This document shows, in pieces, positions 1 to 8,735 of a DNA stretch of 27,738 bases. The first letter of the stretch is position 1. Every line of letters starts with the position of its first letter. The position numbers and the translations under genes are program-made. Source of the stretch: Acidimicrobiia bacterium (GTDB taxonomy: Bacteria > Actinomycetota > Acidimicrobiia > Spongiisociales > SHLN01); contig JAUXJL010000001.1 of the NCBI GenBank assembly GCA_030624805.1, positions 1 to 27,738 of the forward strand, written 5' to 3'. The notes under the pieces were generated by a model that was given only the letters and a program-made list of their open reading frames with translations, was not told the origin of the DNA and searched no databases.

Positions 1-423
1 ATACGGGGTGCCGAGCTCTCCGCTCGCGACTTGCTGGCGTATCGCCCTCATGGCGGGGTCATAGCGTCTTTGGAAACCCATCTGAACGGGGATTCCGGCC
101 CCATCGGCGGCGGCAACGGCCCGGCGGGTGCTTTCCAGGTCGAGGGCGATTGGCTTCTGACAGAAGGCGGTGATGCCCGTCTGCGCCGCCTGGATTAGGA
201 AGCGGGCGTGGGTGTCGGTCGAGCTTGCGATGATCACGCCATCGACGTCTCGGAACGCATCTTTCACAGCAACTCCGTTGGCGAAGGCGAAGTCGCTCGC
301 GACCTGCTCTGCTCTGCCAGGAACCACGTCGGCGATGCGGAGGGATTCCACCTCCGACAGCCCGCTCAACACCCGAGTGTGGTGGCTGCCGATTCGACCG
401 GCGCCGATGAGGCCTAGCCGCAC
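1..423 (-). CDS. iolG: Gfo/Idh/MocA oxidoreductase, myo-inositol 2-dehydrogenase-like; N-terminal 141 codons, runs off the left edge
   Basis: Not in the ORF track; translated by hand from GTG at 423-421, preceded by AGGAGG: MRLGLIGAGRIGSHH...DGVIIASSTDTH...AFCQKPIALD...VQMGFQRRYDP. Has the Rossmann GxGxxG and IolG-type GFQRRYD motifs and sits beside iol genes. The exact substrate is not provable from sequence. Confidence 0.85.
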   Translation of the reverse strand, partial: MRLGLIGAGRIGSHHTRVLSGLSEVESLRIADVVPGRAEQVASDFAFANGVAVKDAFRDVDGVIIASSTDTHARFLIQAAQTGITAFCQKPIALDLESTRRAVAAADGAGIPVQMGFQRRYDPAMRAIRQQVASGELGTPY

Positions 424-548
424 ATTCCCTCCTGAGGAGCACACGGCCGCCCTAGAACGTCCGCAGCCAGGAAAACTACCAGCTATCTCGGTCTTCGCTC
501 TGGTCCACCTCGAGGTCTAGTGACGGGTTTCGCGAGCTTGGTTTTCGG

Positions 549-577
549 TTGCAATGCAGAGAGGATCTACGTATCTT
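549..577 (+). promoter_or_regulatory. sigma70-type promoter for the ABC transporter operon
   Basis: TTGCAA (549-554), 17-nt spacer, TATCTT (572-577); about 80 nt upstream of the GGGAGG RBS and ATG 659. Confidence 0.55.
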
Positions 578-658
578 TCGACCTATCCGGGGGTGCCCAA
601 ATCCAGATTATGGAAGAGGAGACCCTCACGCTACTTACCCACTCGGGAGGGAAACGAA

Positions 659-1660
659 ATGAGACGATTCAAATGGCTGGCCGTAGTGCTGGCCCTCGCG
701 CTGGTAGCAGCTGCGTGCGGCGACAGCGACAGCGACGACACGACCACCACCGCAGGCGATACACAGACCACCGACACGGTTGACCTGACCCAGGGAGGCG
801 ACCTGACCTTCCACATGGTCACGCATAGCGACGACGGACCGTTCTGGTCGGTCGTAAAGCGCGGCATGGACGACGCATGTGCGGCGGTGCAAGTCGCTTG
901 TGTGTGGTCACCTTCGGTGAACACACCGGAGAAGCAGGTGCAGGATATCGAGGCGGCGATCACTGCCGGCTCGGACGGTATCGCCATCTCGCTCGCCAGT
1001 CCCGACCAGGTCGGCCCGGCCGCCGAAAAGGTTGTCGCGGCAGGGATCCCGCTGTACACCCTCAACTCGGGTCTCAACCAGTACAAGGCACTCGGGGCCG
1101 TAACCCACATCGGTCAGACCGAGTTTGTCGCCGGTCAAGGCGCCGGTGAGCGCTTTAGCGCCCTTGGTGTTACCCACGTGCTGTGCGCCAGGCAGGAGCA
1201 GAGCAACGTGGGCCTCGAGGAGCGTTGTGAGGGTCTCGCCGACACGTTCAGTGGAACGGTGTCAAGCGAGTTCGCCGGTGTTGACCAGGACGTTCCTGCC
1301 CAGGAGGCGAGCATCGCCGCTCTGCTGGCCGCAGATACGTCCATCGACGCCATTCTCGGAGTGGGTCCGATCATCGCCATCTCGGCACTCAATGCCAGCG
1401 AGACGGCAGGCCGCGGAGCTGCCATCGGCGGCTTCGACCTGACCCCTGAGCTGCTCGACGCAATTGAGGCAGGCACGGTCGCCTTCACGGTCGATCAGCA
1501 GCAGTACCTCCAGGGGTACCTGCCGATCATCCTGATGTTCTGGCATGCCACGAACCAGAACACCGCCGGTGGTGGTCTTCCGGTCCTGACCGGTCCCGGG
1601 TTCATCACTCCGGACAACGCCACCGCGGTCAAAGAGCTCTCGGCGGCAGGCACTCGATAA
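659..1660 (+). CDS. sugar (probably inositol) ABC transporter substrate-binding lipoprotein, RbsB-like
   Basis: Start moved from 554 to ATG 659, which has the RBS GGGAGG and gives signal peptide MRRFKWLAVVLALALVAAA-C (lipobox) followed by a D/T-rich linker. The periplasmic-binding fold is supported by FWSVVKRG, IGQTEFVAG, GGFDL and TVDQQQYLQGY. Confidence 0.92.
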   Translation: MRRFKWLAVVLALALVAAACGDSDSDDTTTTAGDTQTTDTVDLTQGGDLTFHMVTHSDDGPFWSVVKRGMDDACAAVQVACVWSPSVNTPEKQVQDIEAAITAGSDGIAISLASPDQVGPAAEKVVAAGIPLYTLNSGLNQYKALGAVTHIGQTEFVAGQGAGERFSALGVTHVLCARQEQSNVGLEERCEGLADTFSGTVSSEFAGVDQDVPAQEASIAALLAADTSIDAILGVGPIIAISALNASETAGRGAAIGGFDLTPELLDAIEAGTVAFTVDQQQYLQGYLPIILMFWHATNQNTAGGGLPVLTGPGFITPDNATAVKELSAAGTR

Positions 1661-1685
1661 CCGATTGATCGACAACCGGTTGGAA

Positions 1686-1721
1686 GGGCCGCCCGTCAGC
1701 GCTTAGGCTGGCGGGCGGCCC
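1686..1721 (+). terminator. GC-rich stem-loop between the binding-protein and permease genes (partial terminator or mRNA stabiliser)
   Basis: GGGCCGCCCGTCAGC / GCTTAG loop / GCTGGCGGGCGGCCC forms a 15-bp stem with one G-U pair, followed by CGCGTTTTC. Confidence 0.7.
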
Positions 1722-1763
1722 CGCGTTTTCGCGGGTAACCCGGCTCCACAAAAGGGAGGTCTC

Positions 1764-3677
1764 GTGGCAACCGATGTCGCAACTGCCGACGTTCCAGCGT
1801 CAGTTCCCGACGAGCGGTTGGCGTATCGAGGCCCGATTCAACGGCTGCTCGTGCAACCTGAGATCGGCGCGCTGGTCGGCGCCATCGCCATCTGGGTGTT
1901 CTTTTGGGCGGTCACCGTTCCGTTCGGAACCGCAGGGGGAACTGCCAACTGGCTGGACGTGGCCGCCACACTCGGCATTATGGCCGTTGCGGTCGCCATG
2001 TTGATGATCGGGGGCGAGTTCGATTTGTCGGCCGGGGCCATGACCGGAGCGACCGCCATTCTCGTAATCATGCTCGTCAAAGACACCGGTGAGCTCGGTG
2101 GAGCCGGGTTGAGCCTGTGGATCGGCATACCCCTGTCTCTGGTCCTAGCGCTCGGCATCGGTTGGTTCAACGGCACTCTGGTCGAACGAACCGGCCTTCC
2201 CAGCTTCATTGTCACCCTGGGCGCGTTCTTCGTCATCAAAGGCGCCAAGCTCGGGTTCGCCAAGCTCTTCTTCGAGACTATCCAGGTGGGCCGCATCGAC
2301 GAAGGGGCCGGATACGACTTCTGGCGGAAGATCTTTTCGGCGGTGTGGACTCGCAATGATCACATCTTCAATTCCCGGGATATCTTCTACGTCGGTTTGC
2401 TCATCATCGGTGGAGTAGCGATCCTCGTTGGGCTCTTGGAGCTGACGTATAAGCGCCGGACCCCCTTCAACCTCGGCGGTCTGCCTATTACCGGAATCGG
2501 AGTCGCCGCCGGCCTCGTCGGGCTCTTTGCCCTCCACGCTACGGATGGGATCGCGGCCAACTTCATCTGGGCGGCCGTGATGGGGGCGGGCGTTGCCATC
2601 GGCGCATACGGAATCGCCCTATGGCGATTCGAGCCAAACCAGGACCGCGGAAGGCTGCAACTATCGAGCGAGGTGCTCCGCTTGGCCGGCATTGGAACCG
2701 GATTGCTGGCACTTGGTGTCGTCTTGGGGCTGATCCTCGACTCCGCGCCAAAGATCGAAGATAGAGAAATTGTCAACATCTTCTTCTTGCTGACCGAACA
2801 AGGGCTGCGTGCCATTCTCTTCGTTGGGCTTGCCATCGCGGGCCTTGTTGTGTTGTTGATTGCGGCCAGCCGGGCCAAGAAGAGTTCCGATACCAGCGGC
2901 GCCGCCCTCTCCCTCTACACCGCCCTGGGAGTAACCGTGCTGGCCTTCATCATTCGATCGGAAGCCGAGGCCCCCAAATTTCGGACCGAGCTGTTCTCAG
3001 CGTTGCTTCTCATCGCCCTCGTGATGGCTACCTGGGCGGTCGTGGGTTTGTATTTCGCTCAAAGAAGGGGTCCGGACCCGGCGGCAGACCGGCTCGGGCG
3101 TTCATTGGCCATCGGCGGGGTCCTGCTCGCCACTCTCGGCGTTGTGGTCCGGCTGCTCTTCACGAAAGATTCGGAACTGGCGACACTGGTCGGACAGACC
3201 CAGTTCCGAATTTCGATCCTATGGTTCATAATCGCGGCGGCTGTCGCCACGTGGATACTGGCCCGCACCAGGTTCGGGAGCTGGACGTTCGCCGTCGGCG
3301 GAAGCAAGAGTGCGTCCCGCCAGGTGGGTGTCCCGGCGGCTCGCACCAAGACCCAGCTCTTTATGATCGTGTCAGGCGCCGCCTGGCTGGTCGGTATGCT
3401 GCTGGCTTTCCGACTCAACACGATCCAGGCCAGCACCGGCGACGGAAAGGAGTTCGAGTACATCATTGCCGCGGTCGTCGGCGGGACCCTCCTCACGGGA
3501 GGTTACGGCACGGCAGCAGGCGCTGCCATCGGCGCCCTGATCATGGCCATGTCACAGCAGGGGATCCCGTTCGCCGGTTGGAACTCCGACTGGAGATTCG
3601 TGTTCCTCGGCTCCATCTTGCTGTTGGCGGTTCTGGCAAATAACTACATACGAAAGACGGCGGAGGCAGCGTCATGA
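1764..3677 (+). CDS. sugar ABC transporter permease (RbsC/BPD_transp_2 family) with a large internal hydrophobic insertion, 637 aa
   Basis: RBS GGGAGG before GTG. Motifs [30 protein letters not shown] and [14 protein letters not shown]. Confidence 0.92.
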   Translation: MATDVATADVPASVPDERLAYRGPIQRLLVQPEIGALVGAIAIWVFFWAVTVPFGTAGGTANWLDVAATLGIMAVAVAMLMIGGEFDLSAGAMTGATAILVIMLVKDTGELGGAGLSLWIGIPLSLVLALGIGWFNGTLVERTGLPSFIVTLGAFFVIKGAKLGFAKLFFETIQVGRIDEGAGYDFWRKIFSAVWTRNDHIFNSRDIFYVGLLIIGGVAILVGLLELTYKRRTPFNLGGLPITGIGVAAGLVGLFALHATDGIAANFIWAAVMGAGVAIGAYGIALWRFEPNQDRGRLQLSSEVLRLAGIGTGLLALGVVLGLILDSAPKIEDREIVNIFFLLTEQGLRAILFVGLAIAGLVVLLIAASRAKKSSDTSGAALSLYTALGVTVLAFIIRSEAEAPKFRTELFSALLLIALVMATWAVVGLYFAQRRGPDPAADRLGRSLAIGGVLLATLGVVVRLLFTKDSELATLVGQTQFRISILWFIIAAAVATWILARTRFGSWTFAVGGSKSASRQVGVPAARTKTQLFMIVSGAAWLVGMLLAFRLNTIQASTGDGKEFEYIIAAVVGGTLLTGGYGTAAGAAIGALIMAMSQQGIPFAGWNSDWRFVFLGSILLLAVLANNYIRKTAEAAS

Positions 3678-4540
3678 GCGAACCGGCACTCCTCGAGCTC
3701 GAGGAAATCTCTAAGCATTACGGCAACATCATTGCCCTCACCGGGGTGACAACCTTGGTCAATGCCGGTGAGGTGACGTGTGTGCTGGGTGACAACGGTG
3801 CCGGAAAGTCGACCTTCATCAAGATCATCGCCGGCGCCCACCAGCAGAGCGAGGGCACCCTCAAAGTTGAGGGCGAAGAGGTGATGTTCGAGTCACCCCG
3901 CGACGCGCTCGCCCTCGGTATCGCCACTGTATATCAGGACCTGGCGGTGGTCCCGCTCATGTCGGTGTGGCGCAATTTCTTCCTGGGATCAGAGCCGACC
4001 AAGCGCATCGGTCCGTTCAAGTGGATCGACAAGGAAAAAGCGTCCAGGGTCGCCAAAGAGGAGATGGCCAAGATGGGCATCGACATCCGCGACACCGAGC
4101 AAGCCGTCGGAACGCTCTCCGGTGGTGAGCGGCAGTCGGTCGCCATCGCCCGTGCCGCCTACTTTGGCGCCAAGGTGTTGATCCTCGACGAGCCGACCTC
4201 TGCTTTGGGAGTAAAACAATCCGGCGTGGTGCTCAAGTACATTCTCGAAGCCCGCAACCGGGGTCTCGGTGTGATCTTCATCACCCATAACCCGAACCAT
4301 GCCTGGCCGGTGGGTGACCGCTTCTTGATTCTCAACCGCGGCAAATCGATGGGCAACTTCGCCAAAGACGAAATCACCCGTGACGAGCTCATCATGATGA
4401 TGGCCGGCGGCGCCGAACTCGAAGAGCTCACTAAGGAGCTGGAGACTGTCGCCGCCGGCGACGAGGCACTGGCTCACCTCGCAGAGGAGTTCGCCGAGGA
4501 AGTCGAAGTGCTCGAGGATCGGACCCACGACGACGAATGA
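3674..4540 (+). CDS. sugar ABC transporter ATP-binding protein (single NBD)
   Basis: Walker A GDNGAGKS, signature LSGGERQ, Walker B ILDEPT, H-loop ITHN. ATGA overlap with the permease. Confidence 0.95.
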   Translation: MSEPALLELEEISKHYGNIIALTGVTTLVNAGEVTCVLGDNGAGKSTFIKIIAGAHQQSEGTLKVEGEEVMFESPRDALALGIATVYQDLAVVPLMSVWRNFFLGSEPTKRIGPFKWIDKEKASRVAKEEMAKMGIDIRDTEQAVGTLSGGERQSVAIARAAYFGAKVLILDEPTSALGVKQSGVVLKYILEARNRGLGVIFITHNPNHAWPVGDRFLILNRGKSMGNFAKDEITRDELIMMMAGGAELEELTKELETVAAGDEALAHLAEEFAEEVEVLEDRTHDDE

Positions 4541-5472
4541 GGGTCTGGTTGACCGGCGGAACCGGCTTCGTCGGGAGCAACATCGTCCATGAGGCAGTGG
4601 CCGCCGGTCACGAGGTCCTCACCACGGTAAATCGGTTTCTTCCGGAAGGTTCCCTGGGCTACGAAACCGACCGCGTCGACATGACGAACGCCGCGGCAGT
4701 GACTGACAGCGTCGCAGTCTTCAAGCCGGACGTGGTCATCCACTGCGCCATTCTCAACGACTTCGGTCGGATGTATACAGATCGTCGGGCTTCCTGGGAC
4801 GCTTATGTGGGAGCCACTCGCCATTGTGCTGGGGCGGCCGAAGCTGCCGGTGCGTGGTTCATTCTGGTGTCGACCGATTGGGTATTCGACGGCACGCAGG
4901 GAGGCGCCGACGAAGACACTCCACCCAATCCGGTCAACCTGTACGGGGTGCTCAAGGTTGCCAGTGAAATGGTTGCGCTCGAGCGGGGTCAGGCCGTGGC
5001 TCGAGTTTCCGGCGTCAACGGCATGCACCGGGCCAGGCCGGATTCGCCGCGAGCCCAGGATCCGGGATTCGGTTACTTCGTCGCTTCGATCGTCGACGCT
5101 CTCTCCGGGGACAAGCCGTTTGTGGTGTGGGAGTCCGACGACATCAACATGATCGCCACCCCCTCGCTCGCAAGCCAGTGTGCCGAGCTCATGTTGCGCA
5201 TCGGCGAACGCCGACTCGGTGGTGTCTTTCATTGCTGTGGGGCCGACTCCCTTGGACGCATGGAGCTCGCCCGGCTGACCTGCGAGGTTTTCGACCTCGA
5301 TCCCGTGCTGCTCCGCTCCCAACCCCCCGATCCGGCTCTCATGCCGGGCGTTCCGGTGCCGTACGACACGTCAATCACGGCGCCGCGCACTGCAGCCCTG
5401 CTCGACCATGGGCCCTCGCCGGTACGGACACTGCTCGAGCGCTTTCGCGCCGAGTACGAAGCAGCTGTCTGA
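4537..5472 (+). CDS. RmlD-like extended SDR (NAD(P)-dependent reductase/epimerase)
   Basis: [20 protein letters not shown] and PVNLYGVLK (YxxxK) match the dTDP-4-dehydrorhamnose reductase family. ATGA overlap with the ATPase. Confidence 0.85.
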   Translation: MRVWLTGGTGFVGSNIVHEAVAAGHEVLTTVNRFLPEGSLGYETDRVDMTNAAAVTDSVAVFKPDVVIHCAILNDFGRMYTDRRASWDAYVGATRHCAGAAEAAGAWFILVSTDWVFDGTQGGADEDTPPNPVNLYGVLKVASEMVALERGQAVARVSGVNGMHRARPDSPRAQDPGFGYFVASIVDALSGDKPFVVWESDDINMIATPSLASQCAELMLRIGERRLGGVFHCCGADSLGRMELARLTCEVFDLDPVLLRSQPPDPALMPGVPVPYDTSITAPRTAALLDHGPSPVRTLLERFRAEYEAAV

Positions 5473-5493
5473 TCCGACCGATACGCTGCCTTG

Positions 5494-6180
5494 ATGGGTC
5501 ACTCCGTACCAATGGATCGCACGCTAGTTCCGGTCACTCTGTGTCTCGTCTTGCTGGCCGCTGGTTGCTCGGGTTCGGGCGGGCCAAGCGCAGAGGAGCT
5601 GGCGCCGTCCGTCGGGCGGGTCACAGGTGAAGCCTGCTTTCGAACTGTCGAGGGCGGCGCGGTGCTGGTCGGGGAGGGTCTCTACATCACCAACGCCCAC
5701 GTGATCGCCGGCGTCGGGGCCGGCCTGCGGGTACGGGTGCCGGGAGCTGGGGAGGAGGAGGCAACAGTGGTCGGATTCGACCCCGAACGCGACCTGGCGT
5801 TGCTGACGGTGCCGGTTTCGACAGGAACCCCTTTTCCCTTCGGGTCCGCAGACACCGGTGACCCGGGAATCATCGCCGCAGTGACGACCGACCTCGAGGT
5901 GGAGCTCATCGAATATGAGGTCTTGCGGCGAATCGTTGCCACCGGCGACGACATCTACGGGGAGGGTGATGTCGAGCGGCAGGCCATTGAGATCGCGGCC
6001 GACGTCAGCTCCGGAGTGTCCGGCGCCGGCCTGATAAACCACGACGGTGAGCTGGTGGGGGTGGTGTTCGCCGAGTCAAAGACCCGGGAATCGACCTACG
6101 CAGTGGATACAACGGAAATCCGAGCCTTCATTGCCGAGACCGATTTGGCCACAGAGGTGGCGGCGGGCCGGTGCGGGTGA
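5494..6180 (+). CDS. trypsin-like (S1C, MarP-like) serine protease, probable lipoprotein
   Basis: Triad motifs TNAHV, RDLALL and GVSGAG; lipobox-like LLAAG-C. Start is ATG 5494 (6 nt after TACGCT) or ATG 5512. Confidence 0.8.
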   Translation: MGHSVPMDRTLVPVTLCLVLLAAGCSGSGGPSAEELAPSVGRVTGEACFRTVEGGAVLVGEGLYITNAHVIAGVGAGLRVRVPGAGEEEATVVGFDPERDLALLTVPVSTGTPFPFGSADTGDPGIIAAVTTDLEVELIEYEVLRRIVATGDDIYGEGDVERQAIEIAADVSSGVSGAGLINHDGELVGVVFAESKTRESTYAVDTTEIRAFIAETDLATEVAAGRCG

Positions 6181-6209
6181 GTTCGTCTGGAGGCCCGGCG
6201 GCTGGGTTC

Positions 6210-7331
6210 TCAGGAGTCGGCGATCGTCGCCCAACCGCGGTCCGCGGATGACCGGAGGATGGCGTCGACCACACGTTGGACTTCCCAAGCTTCGCGAAAG
6301 TCTGGCCAGGGTGGAGGGTTCGTTGCCATCATTCCCTCCACCAGGTCTCGTACTTCGATCACCTTGAGGTCATTGAAGCTGAGCTGGTGGCCAGGCGCCG
6401 GTGTGAAACTGGCGAAGTCCTGGTGAGCGGGTCCGGCCAGGATCAGCTTGAAGCCCTCCCTTCCCCTTGGCTGATCGGTCGTGTATAGGTGCAGTTCATT
6501 GAGTCGCTCGAAGTCGAAGTAGAGCGACCCGGCGGTGCCCCACACTTCGACGCCGATCGCCATCTTGCGGCCGGGCGCGATCCAACTCGCTTCCAGCGTG
6601 CCTTTCGCTCCGTCCTCGAAGCGTATAAGAGCCCGGAACTGGTCGGCGACCTCGACCGGGCGCATCTCGCCGTCGAGTTCTCGCTGAGGGATCACGATGT
6701 CGCGGTCGGCGGTAACGGATTCGATCGGGCCGACCAGGTAGCGGGCCATGGAGATGATGTGGCTGCCGAGGTCGGCGGTCACGCCGTCACCGGAGTGGGG
6801 ATCGAAGCGCCACGGATTTACCAGTGTCTCCGGATCCAACATGTAGTCCTCGAAGTGCCAGCCGCGCATGGCGAAAACCTCACCGATCTCGCCACCCTCG
6901 ATGATCTCCTTGGCTAACGCCGTAATGGGGTTCTTCAGGTAGTTGAAACCGGTCATAGTCCGGATCCCGGCTGCCTCGGCCGCATCGACCATTCGTTTTG
7001 ATCCGGCAGATGTGGGTGCCAATGGCTTTTCGCAATATACGTTCTTGCCTGCTTCGATCGCCGCCAATGCCATTTCCTCATGGAGGAGGTTGGGGGCCGT
7101 GATATCAACGAGGTCGATGTCGGGGTCTGCGACAAGCGCTCGCCAGTCCCCGGTCGTGCGACTCGCGCCTAGAGCCTGCCCGGCGATCCGAGCCGTCTCC
7201 TCATCGATGTCGGCGAGCATTTCGAGGCTGGGGGTAGCAGACAAGTCGAAAACCGAGGCGGCGGCCCGAAATGCCGCGGCGTGAACCTTGCCCATGTAGC
7301 CGCTGCCGATCATTCCGATTCTCAAGGGCAC
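6210..7331 (-). CDS. Gfo/Idh/MocA oxidoreductase (cyclitol/sugar dehydrogenase)
   Basis: IGSGYMG, DPDIDLVDITAPNLLH, CEKP, GFNYLKNP, DLGSH and PAPGHQLSFNDLK. Confidence 0.92.
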   Translation of the reverse strand: MPLRIGMIGSGYMGKVHAAAFRAAASVFDLSATPSLEMLADIDEETARIAGQALGASRTTGDWRALVADPDIDLVDITAPNLLHEEMALAAIEAGKNVYCEKPLAPTSAGSKRMVDAAEAAGIRTMTGFNYLKNPITALAKEIIEGGEIGEVFAMRGWHFEDYMLDPETLVNPWRFDPHSGDGVTADLGSHIISMARYLVGPIESVTADRDIVIPQRELDGEMRPVEVADQFRALIRFEDGAKGTLEASWIAPGRKMAIGVEVWGTAGSLYFDFERLNELHLYTTDQPRGREGFKLILAGPAHQDFASFTPAPGHQLSFNDLKVIEVRDLVEGMMATNPPPWPDFREAWEVQRVVDAILRSSADRGWATIADS

Positions 7332-7368
7332 GCCTATCTCTCTACCCGACTCGAGGTCGGAACCCTGC

Positions 7369-7722
7369 TTACGAGGCCCCCCAATACCCCTGCACCCCGG
7401 GGAATTCGCGCCAGATCTGGCCGTCCTCGTTGAAGACGAGTACGTCGTAGACCTGCACCGATCCGGCGGCTGTCTCGACTGTGGCTTCCCATATCAGGGA
7501 GGGAGCCGAGTCCTGCATTTGATCGAGTGAGACGAGTCGATAGCTTCGGTGGGCTGCAAGCAGGCCGACCAGGTAGGCCCTGATCTCGGCCGGGCCGCGT
7601 GCGACCCCAAGGAACCTCACGACTTCAGCGTCATCCGCGTATTGCGAGACGAGCGATTCCACGTCGCCCGCCTCCATCAGCTGCATGCGCTGTTTGAAGA
7701 ACTCTTTGCTATCGATGGTCAT
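7369..7722 (-). CDS. SnoaL/NTF2-like fold protein, 117 aa
   Basis: GDVESLVSQYADDAEV...RGPAEIRAY...DVLVFNEDGQI pattern is typical of SnoaL-like domains. Co-oriented 37 nt upstream of the dehydrogenase. Confidence 0.75.
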   Translation of the reverse strand: MTIDSKEFFKQRMQLMEAGDVESLVSQYADDAEVVRFLGVARGPAEIRAYLVGLLAAHRSYRLVSLDQMQDSAPSLIWEATVETAAGSVQVYDVLVFNEDGQIWREFPGVQGYWGAS

Positions 7723-7844
7723 TGAAACCTCCGACCAGGATTGTATCGAGCACTCCGGTGAGTGCCGTTGTGGAAAATCATCGGACGAGGTCGAGCCGTG
7801 GTGGGTATTGTCTCCTGTCGGCCGCGCGAAGAAGAGGCAGCCAG

Positions 7845-8735
7845 GTGATCAGCCAAGACCAATACCTCGATCTCATTGAGACACGAGCACAACGTCCCGC
7901 GGCAATTGACGACGCGGCCCAGGCCCGGGTCCGGCGCAGTCATATCGACGATGGCCGCGGGCTCCTGCTGGTCGCCGCCGACCACACCGGCCGTGGGATT
8001 GTCGGTGCAGGCGACAATCCGCTCGCGATTGGAGACCGGCGGGACCTGCTTTCCCGAATCGTCACTGCACTGGCCCATCCGGCGGTCGACGGGGTTATGG
8101 CAACGGCCGACATTGTCGAGGAGCTGTTGTTGTTGGGGGTGCTCGACGGGAAGGTGGTGGTCGGGTCAATGAACCGGAGCGGGATCCTCGGTTCGGCCTG
8201 GGAGCTCGACGATCGGTTCAACTGTTATGACGCCGAAGGAGTGGCCGGGTTCGGTCTGGACGGTGGGAAGATGCTCATGCGGATCGACCTGGAGGACCCG
8301 GGAAGCAACTCGACGATTGTGGCTTGCGGGGAGGCGGTGAGCGAGCTCGCTCGGGCCCGGCTCATGGCGATGGTCGAGCCCCTCCCCTACGCTCGGAACG
8401 GTGGACGATCGCGTCTGGTCACCGATGTGGAATCGCTCGTTCGTGCCATTTCGATTGCTTCTGCCCTGGGTTCGACCTCCGCCTATACGTGGTTGAAGCT
8501 TCCGGCGGTGGAAGGCATGGAACAGGTGATGGCTTCCACGTCATTGCCAACGCTGTTGCTCGGTGGAGATCCCGGTGACGATCGTGATGCTGTGTTCGAG
8601 CGCTGGGAGGTGGCGCTTGCCATTCCCCAGGTGCGAGGCCTGGTAGCGGGTAGATCGATCCTGTACCCGCCGGACGACAACGTCACTGTCACGCTGGACG
8701 TGGTTGCCGGTTTGATGGGCCGAGCCAGTGCCTGA
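7845..8735 (+). CDS. class I (TIM-barrel) aldolase, Cgl0159-like; probable 2-deoxy-5-keto-D-gluconate 6-phosphate aldolase role
   Basis: Start moved to GTG 7845. Motifs AADH.GRG, VDGVMATADIVEEL, GSMNR.G...ELDDRF, GGKML, AYTWLKLP, LPTLLLGG and GRSILYP; directly upstream of iolB as in actinobacterial iol clusters. Confidence 0.8.
   Translation: MISQDQYLDLIETRAQRPAAIDDAAQARVRRSHIDDGRGLLLVAADHTGRGIVGAGDNPLAIGDRRDLLSRIVTALAHPAVDGVMATADIVEELLLLGVLDGKVVVGSMNRSGILGSAWELDDRFNCYDAEGVAGFGLDGGKMLMRIDLEDPGSNSTIVACGEAVSELARARLMAMVEPLPYARNGGRSRLVTDVESLVRAISIASALGSTSAYTWLKLPAVEGMEQVMASTSLPTLLLGGDPGDDRDAVFERWEVALAIPQVRGLVAGRSILYPPDDNVTVTLDVVAGLMGRASA

Noticed and set aside
507-517. CTCGAGGTC shared by 509-517, 7350-7358 and 24126-24134 as a possible iol operator
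   Set aside because: CTCGAG is very frequent throughout this window (Leu-Glu codons), and one copy lies upstream of gatC, unrelated to iol.
554-658. ORF-track N-terminal extensions (554, 7722, 10460, 14084, 20690, 22177, 24140)
   Set aside because: They overlap neighbouring genes or promoters and precede family-typical N-termini; downstream starts have an RBS, a -10 or a stop/start overlap.
720-782. GAC/ACC/AGC-rich short repeats in the binding-protein gene
   Set aside because: They simply encode the D/S/T-rich lipoprotein linker.
4474-5322. 282-aa antisense ORF, and similar long ones at 8689-9507, 9960-10751, 10336-11067, 15795-16598 and 21742-22620
   Set aside because: Shadow frames of well-supported genes in high-GC DNA; no recognisable motifs.
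6210-7331. Calling this gene levoglucosan dehydrogenase (lgdA)
   Set aside because: There is overall resemblance, but diagnostic segments differ (GFNYLKNP, HFEDY, PAPGHQ) and no other lgd genes are recognisable.
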